Assembly: GCA_964495015.1 (NCBI GenBank) | Contig: CAZBUD010000016.1 | Location: 3,491 to 67,490 of the forward strand | Origin: an uncultured Enterobacteriaceae bacterium | GTDB lineage: Bacteria; Desulfobacterota; Binatia; Bin18 | Reading direction: 5' to 3' | Length of the DNA: 64,000 nt | In this document: positions 57,560 through 64,000 of the stretch, in pieces | Position numbering within the stretch: the stretch's first letter is position 1 | How the letters are laid out: each line of letters opens with the position of its first letter | The notes under the pieces: generated by a model | What the model saw: only the letters and a program-made list of their open reading frames with translations | The model's database searches: none | Told to the model about the DNA's origin: nothing | Position numbers and translations under genes: made by a program

Positions 57560-58369
57560 ATGGAAAAAGAGAAAGACATTGCTGTTGCCGCAGCGCACGC
57601 TGCGGGCGATATTATTCGTCAAATCTACGCGACAGACTACGCCGTCGATTACAAAAGTAAGGATAATAGCCCGGTGACGGTTGCTGATCGGGAAGCCAAC
57701 AAAAAGATCCAGGAGATGCTCCAGGGAGCTTGCCCCGACTATGGTTGGTTGTCTGAGGAGACCGTGGACTCGTCCGATCGTCTCGCATCCTGTCGTGTTT
57801 GGATCGTTGATCCCATAGACGGGACCCAAGAGTTCATCCATAAAATTCCAGAATTTGCCGTGTCTATTGGACTCGTCGAGGATGGACGGCCTATTCTCGG
57901 TGTCGTGTACAATCCGACCCTCGATCAACTCTTTTGGGCTATACGCGGACAAGGGGCTTGGTGCGGGGAGCAGCAATTGTGCGTTCCTGAAACGCCTCGT
58001 CTAGCCGAGGCGACGATCCTGTCGAGTCGTTCCGAAACGAAACGCGGAGAATGGAAAGATCTTACTTCCCTTTTCCATGCCCGTCCAATGGGCAGTATTG
58101 CCTACAAGCTCGCCTGCATTGCAAATGGTGAGGCGGATGCATCCTTCACCTTAATACCGAAAAATGAGTGGGACATTTGTGCCGGGACACTGCTTGTGGA
58201 AGAGGCTGGTGGAACTGTGACAAATCTGAGAGGAAAACCAGTGATCTTTAATCAACCCACAACGCTGTTACAAGGCTTGGTTGCGAGCAACGGCAATCTC
58301 CATACGCAGCTCCTAGAGCTGATTAGGCCCCGGTTGACTGACCGGCATCGGGCTGAGGACCGGAAGTAA
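57560..58369 (+). CDS. Inositol-monophosphatase-family phosphatase (CysQ-like 3'(2'),5'-bisphosphate nucleotidase)
   Basis: SPVTVADREANKKI, WIVDPIDGTQEF and WDICAGTLLVEEAGG. Confidence 0.75.
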   Translation: MEKEKDIAVAAAHAAGDIIRQIYATDYAVDYKSKDNSPVTVADREANKKIQEMLQGACPDYGWLSEETVDSSDRLASCRVWIVDPIDGTQEFIHKIPEFAVSIGLVEDGRPILGVVYNPTLDQLFWAIRGQGAWCGEQQLCVPETPRLAEATILSSRSETKRGEWKDLTSLFHARPMGSIAYKLACIANGEADASFTLIPKNEWDICAGTLLVEEAGGTVTNLRGKPVIFNQPTTLLQGLVASNGNLHTQLLELIRPRLTDRHRAEDRK

Positions 58370-58601
58370 GAGCGTGTCTAACAAGTATCTCTGTGGCCAA
58401 AGCCCGCACGAAAACGGTGTGACCGAGGCGCCCGAAGCAGCCATATCCGCTGTGATATGACGATGCAGGGCAATGCTGGACACACCGTTTACAGCCGGGC
58501 GACGCCCAGAATGGACTTTTTGGGCACCCTCTACGAGAAAAAGCCTGGTTGACGTTACGTCTTCTGCAACGCTAGGTTGAAGTGGAGAGAAAGGAGCAGT
58601 C

Positions 58602-58823
58602 GTGTCTCAAATCGCTGCACTTTTGCGGGGCCGCCCAAAACCTCGTTGTCCCATCTGCCACAAATGGAACCGTGTCTATCTGACGGGTGGTTCATTCTTG
58701 TCCGACTGTGTGCATTGCGGATCGCCGTTGGAGGTCCGTCATGCACGGGCGGTGTGGGGCGCTATTGCGATTGGCCTGAGCATCTTAATTCTTGCCGCGA
58801 CGATTCCACTCTTTGCGCGGTAG
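58602..58823 (+). CDS. Small zinc-ribbon protein with a C-terminal TM helix
   Basis: 73 aa. CPIC ... CVHC ligands, then AVWGAIAIGLSILILAATIPLF. Confidence 0.35.
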   Translation: MSQIAALLRGRPKPRCPICHKWNRVYLTGGSFLSDCVHCGSPLEVRHARAVWGAIAIGLSILILAATIPLFAR

Positions 58824-58824
58824 C

Positions 58825-58861
58825 GGGGAGGTGACCTCGCCCGGGCAGGGTAACCCTCCCC
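58825..58861. terminator. Inverted repeat (GGGGAGG ... CCTCCCC enclosing CCCGGG) between convergent genes
   Basis: 7-bp GC-rich outer stem with a 23-nt interior that contains a palindrome. No U-tract. Confidence 0.35.
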
Positions 58862-58878
58862 TATATCGATTCGCGGCC

Positions 58879-59766
58879 TTACAGCGCGTGCGTTTTCGAA
58901 GGCGTTGGAAGTGGAGGCTGAGCCGGCGGTTCAGCGTCTAGGCGAACATCTTTTTCTACAGTTTTTTCATCTGGAACTTCGGCCCGCTCAAGGACGAACG
59001 GTTTGCCTCGTCCTGTCGGGTTTGTGACAAAGACATCATACGAACCCGTGTCAAGCGAAAAACGATGCTCTTGCCCAGGCTCACTCCGGGCGATCTCTTT
59101 TTGTGTTCCTGCTGCATAGATAATGACATGGGTGACCGGGCTCACGTCACGTCCGTCAAGGAGCGGGTGAACCCAGAGTTGGCCGCGCATGCGTTCGCGC
59201 AAAGTCAGCTCTTGCAAGCCTCCCCGGTGGAGTTCAATATCACGCCACCACCGACTCTGTGGTGGCGTCGCGACTTTGACATCAACCACTCCGGGCTGAG
59301 CCATAATGCGTTCTCCACTCAGGAATTCTCCAAGCAGGTCTTTTGAAACGCCATCATAGATTTCAACGCCGAGACCCAGATCCTGGCCTTTTTTGTCCAG
59401 GACGTTCACCTGCAGTTCAGCTACCTCGCTGATAATAACACTGCTTGTTCGACCTGCTTTGACGAGGACGCGCTCCCGCGAGATCGTTCCACCCAGGACA
59501 TCGAGTTCGACCCGATATGTTCCTGGTGAAAGTGATAGCAGTCTGCCCAAAGGAGCCATGCTGACAAGGGTTTGGGGATCTGTGGCATAGATCCTGGCCT
59601 GTGCATCCCCCTGGTTTCCCTCTTCGGTAGAGGTCCGAACGATGAGCGAGCCTGTTGCCTCTGGCTCCGCTTGAGGCTGAACAGCGTAGCTAGCATGCGG
59701 CAAGAGTGGCGAGAATGGGAAGAAGAGAAGACTAACCAGACAGATCAATATGCAATACTGTCTCAT
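58879..59766 (-). CDS. Hypothetical secreted protein
   Basis: 295 aa. N-terminal signal peptide MRQYCILICLVSLLFFPF ... ASYA. Beta-rich, and Pro-rich at the C-terminus. Confidence 0.5.
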   Translation of the reverse strand: MRQYCILICLVSLLFFPFSPLLPHASYAVQPQAEPEATGSLIVRTSTEEGNQGDAQARIYATDPQTLVSMAPLGRLLSLSPGTYRVELDVLGGTISRERVLVKAGRTSSVIISEVAELQVNVLDKKGQDLGLGVEIYDGVSKDLLGEFLSGERIMAQPGVVDVKVATPPQSRWWRDIELHRGGLQELTLRERMRGQLWVHPLLDGRDVSPVTHVIIYAAGTQKEIARSEPGQEHRFSLDTGSYDVFVTNPTGRGKPFVLERAEVPDEKTVEKDVRLDAEPPAQPPLPTPSKTHAL

Positions 59767-59798
59767 CGTTGGCAGATTCCTATAAAAAAGCCAGCCGG

Positions 59799-60621
59799 CT
59801 TATTTCTCAATCGGCAAATCTTCTCGATTGCCCCATTCCGCCCATGAAGCATCATAATTCCGGACCTTGTCAAAACCGAGAAGCCGCAGGGTAAAGAGTC
59901 CGTGCGCCGCACGGATGCCGCCCTGTCAATACGTAATGACTTCACATTCAGGCCTGACCCCGGCCTGCTCAAACAGGGAGCGCAATTCTACCGCCGGCTT
60001 AAATTGTCTCGTTTTGGGATCAACATAATTGAGCCATTCGAGATGGACGGCGCCGAAAACCCGCCCGCCACGTTTGGTGCCCCGATCGTTTTCACCCGTC
60101 CATTCCGCGTCCGAACGTGTGTCGAGGACTACCGTATCGGTGTCGATTGCATCCTGGACCTGTTCCCAACGAGCAATGAAGTCTTCACGCACCTGAGGGG
60201 TAAAAACTGCTTTTGCCGGACGAGTGGCCGCAGTTGTCACGGGCCGACCTTCGGCCAACCAGGTATCCCATCCACCGTTCAGCACTTTAGCGTTTGCATG
60301 ACCATAATAGCTGAGTGCCCACCAAAATCGCGTAGCGTACAGGCCGCTAAAGCCGTCATAGGCAACCACCAGGCTGTCAGCGCCGATCCCAAGCGCACCC
60401 ATGGCCTGGGCAAACTCGTCCGGGCCCATAACATGCAGCGCCCCTTCTTTTTCTTTCAAGTAATGATGGCCACGGAAGGTAGTCGCGCCAGGAATATGGG
60501 CGCGTCGGTACGCCTCACGGTTGTCACAATCGACTATTCGAATATTATCGTCCTGGAGATGGGTTGCCAGCCATTGGCTATCGGCCAACATCTCCGGTCG
60601 AGCATAGCCTTGGTCCGCCAT
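59799..60621 (-). CDS. Two-domain rhodanese (thiosulfate/3-mercaptopyruvate sulfurtransferase) with an in-frame TGA at the catalytic-cysteine position; candidate selenoprotein
   Basis: ATG at 60621 preceded by AGGAGG. The N-terminal inactive rhodanese domain is followed by ...[55 protein letters not shown], all in one frame. This aligns to the rhodanese active-site loop (V/I)xxYC(Q/R)xG(I/V)R(A/S) and the downstream YDGSWxEW motif. A shadow ORF (59763-59972) occupies a different frame. Confidence 0.75.
59887..59925 (-). other. Two-stem hairpin immediately 3' of the rhodanese UGA (candidate bacterial SECIS-like element)
   Basis: mRNA: UGA-CAGGG-CGGCA-UCCGUGC-GGC-GCACGGA-CUCUUUA-CCCUG. Lower stem CAGGG/CCCUG, asymmetric internal loop, 7-bp upper stem, G-rich apical loop about 20 nt after the UGA. 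Confidence 0.35.
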
Positions 60622-60698
60622 AAAGTGCCTCCTCTTGTTATTTACTGTAATGGACCCTCGAGGGGGAAGCCAGCAAGGTGCATTATTGGGCGTGTTTC

Positions 60699-61541
60699 TT
60701 ATCGTCCTTGATACTGTGGAGATCGCCCCTCCATACACGCTCGAACCGCCTCTTTCGCATCCTTCGAGCGTATGCACTCAGCCTGACTCTTCGCTTCCAG
60801 CAGCAGCCCGTCACGAACGGACAGATTCTGACTTGCATCAATCGCACGTTTTGCATACCGCACGGCCAACGGAGGCTGGCTTGCCAGCTGTTCAGCCAAG
60901 GCAGAGACCGTTGACTCTAAGGACTCGTCATCGACAAGCTGTTCAGCCAGACCAATCCGATACGCCTCGTCTGCCTCAATTTGCTGGGCAGTGAAAATCA
61001 ACTCCTTGGCTTTTCCTCGACCGACCAAGCGTGGCAGGCGTTGGGTGCCGCCAAGATCTGGGATGAGTCCATAGCGATGCTCAAGCAGCCCCAATTTTGT
61101 CCCGTGTGCAACCACGCGTATGTCGCAGGCCAAAGCAAGTTGCATTCCGCCCCCGAGGGCAAAGCCTCGGACCGCGGCAATAGTTGGATAAGGTGCTTCT
61201 TCAAGCCAGGTATAGGCCTCTTGAAAGCCTTGAATAATAGAAACGAGTGGGTCGTCGTCCGTGACCACCTCTGGAGCCGGCTCACGCTCGTGGACATTAA
61301 AGGTATCGCCACTAAAGGCGGAGGTGTCGATACCTGTTGAGAATGCCCGTCCCTCGCCTATGACGACCAGAGCACGCAGGCTCTCGTCACTAGAAAGAAC
61401 TTGGCCCAGCTCGCGCAACTCAGCCCACATTTTCGGCGTCATGGCGTTCAGTTTTTGCGCCCGGTTAAGCCGCAGCCAGCCAATAGCGCCAGACCGCTCA
61501 TAGCGGAGCGTTTCGAGTTGTGCGAGTTGTGATGGGTCCAT
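60699..61541 (-). CDS. Enoyl-CoA hydratase/isomerase (crotonase family)
   Basis: Internal ATG with an AAGGAG SD. GWLRLNRAQKLNAM, VIGEGRAFSTGID and VRGFALGGGMQLALACDIRV. Confidence 0.8.
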   Translation of the reverse strand: MDPSQLAQLETLRYERSGAIGWLRLNRAQKLNAMTPKMWAELRELGQVLSSDESLRALVVIGEGRAFSTGIDTSAFSGDTFNVHEREPAPEVVTDDDPLVSIIQGFQEAYTWLEEAPYPTIAAVRGFALGGGMQLALACDIRVVAHGTKLGLLEHRYGLIPDLGGTQRLPRLVGRGKAKELIFTAQQIEADEAYRIGLAEQLVDDESLESTVSALAEQLASQPPLAVRYAKRAIDASQNLSVRDGLLLEAKSQAECIRSKDAKEAVRACMEGRSPQYQGR

Positions 61542-62248
61542 AACAATGCTCCTTTTTTGGCTCCTACTTGTGGGGCCAACGTAGCGTCTTCGCCTGTTGA
61601 TTCCAAACCCCTTGGCCAATGATACTTTCAGTTAAAGAAGCCGCAGCATTTCCGACTCTGTCAATAGTAAGGATAACGTTATAAAAATTACAACTTTTCT
61701 GCTTCTCCTGTGTCTGCCTGTTTGTGTGTACGGTGAGGCTCTGCGTGAGGTGGAATTGAGCGACGGGCGTGTGGTGCAAGCCGAGGTCATTGGCATGCTC
61801 GATGGTGTGCACCAGATGCGTTCGACCGCGCTTGGAGCATCTGAAGTGCCGCAATCAAGGAGTTGCGATTCGAACGCCACACAGTGAGCCGGCTCCCGCG
61901 CGTGTAGCAGAATGGGACGGAAATGTAGTATCCCCGCAACCCCAGCGGACTGTTCCGGCAGCAGGAGAACTGCAACAGGTGCTGACGCAAGACCCGGCAG
62001 CGCTGAACAAAATTCTCTCTTTTCAAACTGATCCGCTGGTTCAAAGTATCCTCCGTGATGAGAGCACGATGCAGGCGGTGGAGTCCGGAGATCTGGGCGT
62101 GTTGCGTAATGATCATAAGATCAAAGCGCTTATGATCATCCTACTGTTCAAGACCTGGGACAGAGCTACGGGCAGTAGCTCTAGAACTGCAGAACCTTCA
62201 GTCGGAGCGCTCTTTGTCGCGCCGCTGGTGGGTAGGGCGACCCTGTCG

Positions 62249-63313
62249 CTAACCTTCTCTGTATGGCGTAATAATCTCCCGCGCAAACTCTACAATACTT
62301 TCTTCCACAAACCCCCACGGCGGCGAGATCACAATCTGCGTGAGTCCAGCTGCTTCAAGCTGACTCAGACGTTCGAGGATGTCCTCCCGCGAGCCGGTCA
62401 GACTCATTGCGCGAATTGCCTCGGGTGGAATAAATTTCTCCTCGCCGGGATGCAGGAAGCGGGAATGGGTTGCATGTATGTCTTCCCAGCGGGCATCTAA
62501 ATAGCGTTTGTATTCGGAAGTTACGAACGGCCGCAAAAAGGGCGGAACATCCTTACCCTGCTTGGCAACCTCATACGCATAGTGGAGGGCTACCGCGACA
62601 CGTGGACCGACCCGAGAAAGTACGCGCGGGCTGGTGAGTGCTTCGCCCGGCTGCAGTACGCATGAGACCCCGAGTGTGACAACGCCGAAGTCTTGCGGTT
62701 TTCCGCCTGCTCGGTTGTCCCAGGCCTTAATTACTGTGGCGAGATTGTTTTTCAGTAGATCGGGAGAGAGCAGACTTAATGTTAAGAGTCCGTCGCCTAA
62801 TTCGCCGGCAATGGCCTGGGCTTTGGGATGGGAGGCTGCCAGATAGACCGGAATCGGATCGTGGGTATTGATATAACCATGATCCAGATCCATAAATCGG
62901 ACTTGACTCTGTCGTCCTCGCTCGTGATATTCGACACTCTCGCCGCACAGCAGTCCTTGGCATACCTCGACTGCATGCCGAAATTCTGTGAGTGAAACAG
63001 GCGGCATGCCCATTGCCCGCCACGCTGTATGACCCGTACCAAGACCCAAAATCACCCGGCCTGGTGCAAGTTGATTAATCGTCGCAATGGAATGGGCAAT
63101 AACGGGCGGAATGCGCGTACCGACGATGGTTACCCCCGTACCTAGCCGAATGGTCTTAGTATGCTCGGCCGCTAGTGCCATGCACGCATACATGTCTGAG
63201 GCAATCATTTGGGAGTCCACAAACCAGACGTTGCTGAACCCCATTTGCTCGGCCAGGACAGCGTGTTTCCAACCGTTGTGAATATGGGACTGAAATCCAA
63301 CTCCGAAGTCCAT
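62249..63313 (-). CDS. LLM-class flavin/F420-dependent oxidoreductase
   Basis: Internal ATG (MDFGVGFQSH...). NVWFVDSQM, GRVILGLGTGH, and a C-terminal LERLSQLEAAGLTQIVISP. Confidence 0.8.
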   Translation of the reverse strand: MDFGVGFQSHIHNGWKHAVLAEQMGFSNVWFVDSQMIASDMYACMALAAEHTKTIRLGTGVTIVGTRIPPVIAHSIATINQLAPGRVILGLGTGHTAWRAMGMPPVSLTEFRHAVEVCQGLLCGESVEYHERGRQSQVRFMDLDHGYINTHDPIPVYLAASHPKAQAIAGELGDGLLTLSLLSPDLLKNNLATVIKAWDNRAGGKPQDFGVVTLGVSCVLQPGEALTSPRVLSRVGPRVAVALHYAYEVAKQGKDVPPFLRPFVTSEYKRYLDARWEDIHATHSRFLHPGEEKFIPPEAIRAMSLTGSREDILERLSQLEAAGLTQIVISPPWGFVEESIVEFAREIITPYREG

Positions 63314-63344
63314 AAGATGGCCTTTCCAGCAATGCTTGCCGTAC

Positions 63345-64000
63345 CTAGCGCGGCTCCAATGGCATCCCTTCCCGTTGCCGTACATCGTTCAGATAGGCCA
63401 GCATACCTTCTTCAACCGTGTACTTGGGAGTAAAACTCAGCTCATCGCGGAGCCTGTCCGTTTTGAGCAAGGACGTCATGACATACGGCTTATTACTCAC
63501 CGAGATGTCGGCTTGAGGCATAAGCTCCCGCATATAAGCAGTGATCTCGCCGGTTTTGCGGCTTGGACCGGCCATATTGAAGACGTGGGATTTCGGGTTT
63601 TCTGCATGGTAAGCGAGGCGAAAGACTTCCGCTGCATCTCTCACATACATCCAGTCTGCAATCTGTTCGTCCGGCGGCATGACAACGGGCTTGCCGAGTA
63701 AGGCGAGTTCAGGCGCGACCATAAAATGAGCCCCCGCTGCCCCGCGCCGCTGGCCACGTCCCTCGCCAAATACCGAGGTTGGCCTGATCGCAATCAGATC
63801 CATCCCATAGGCATGATTATAATAGTCAGCCGTATGCTCATTGAACAATTTACACGCACCATACAGGCCGGCCTGGTTGCTCGTTGACGGAGCAGGCGGG
63901 TCGTCTTCGCCAAGCTCTGGAGCAGTGAGTGCTGTTCGTTCAGGAAACACAGCAACCGAGCTCATATAGACGACGCGTTTAATGCCACTGAGCCGTGCGG
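63345..64000 (-). CDS. NAD-dependent epimerase/dehydratase (extended SDR), partial; the N-terminus lies beyond the window end
   Basis: The YxxxK motif YGACK, plus a downstream substrate-binding region, correspond to the C-terminal half of an extended SDR. The Rossmann N-terminus is not in the window. Confidence 0.7.
   Translation of the reverse strand, partial: ARLSGIKRVVYMSSVAVFPERTALTAPELGEDDPPAPSTSNQAGLYGACKLFNEHTADYYNHAYGMDLIAIRPTSVFGEGRGQRRGAAGAHFMVAPELALLGKPVVMPPDEQIADWMYVRDAAEVFRLAYHAENPKSHVFNMAGPSRKTGEITAYMRELMPQADISVSNKPYVMTSLLKTDRLRDELSFTPKYTVEEGMLAYLNDVRQREGMPLEPR

Noticed and set aside
59763-59972. Minus 69-aa ORF overlapping the rhodanese 3' region
   Set aside because: It is out of frame with the conserved rhodanese C-terminus (QGGIRAAHG ... 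YDASWAEWG). It is a frame artefact created by the in-frame TGA.
1-64000. Global reassignment of UGA to a sense codon (code 4 or 25) as the explanation for the in-frame TGAs
   Set aside because: rpsF, rpsR and pheT terminate at TGA where their homologs end. Reading through rplI-adjacent TGAs would run into tRNA-Val. Only three genes are affected.
1-64000. CRISPR arrays, transposases, integrases, phage genes and rRNA genes
   Set aside because: No regularly spaced direct repeats were seen, and no transposase or integrase-like ORFs. The only repeats found are short ones, in 38040-38180.

Overview
This 64 kb window reads as a chromosomal segment from a GC-rich bacterium (roughly 55-60% GC by eye) with compact, mostly operonic gene order. 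I see three kinds of content.

1) Translation and housekeeping loci: a partial amidase, ridA, suhB and ispE; tRNA-Gln-prs-rplY(ctc)-pth; rpsF-ssb-like-rpsR-rplI followed by tRNA-Val; thrS-infC-rpmI-rplT, convergent with pheS-pheT; ihfA plus a MerR-family regulator; a DD-carboxypeptidase; a stand-alone groEL; uvrD-like helicase, argS, dprA-topA-trmFO; lipoproteins with a TPR protein; nadD-like, deoxyhypusine-synthase-like and cysQ-like genes.

2) A co-directional accessory block of about 15 kb (22.9-37.7 kb). It encodes two acyl-CoA dehydrogenases, an enoyl-CoA hydratase, a DhaA-type haloalkane dehalogenase, three luciferase-like (LLM) flavin/F420 oxidoreductases plus one decayed copy, a GST-like protein, a nitroreductase, an SDR, an O-methyltransferase, an alpha/beta hydrolase, and MFS and MATE transporters. 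It looks like a xenobiotic or (halo)alkane catabolic island.

3) Several coding anomalies that are visible directly in the sequence:
- Three otherwise conserved genes carry a single in-frame TGA: an IDO-like heme dioxygenase, dprA, and a rhodanese. In the rhodanese the TGA sits exactly at the catalytic-cysteine codon and is followed by a two-stem hairpin, so it is a selenoprotein candidate.
- pth is split by a frameshift in a G9 homopolymer.
- An LLM-family gene is decayed, with several in-frame stops.
- A YD-repeat-like ORF is translationally coupled to a TusA-like gene.
- infC appears to start at a non-AUG codon that overlaps the thrS stop.
- An intrinsic-terminator-like hairpin abuts the thrS start codon.

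No CRISPR array, transposase, integrase or rRNA gene was seen. The partial amidase and a partial NAD-dependent epimerase sit at the window edges.
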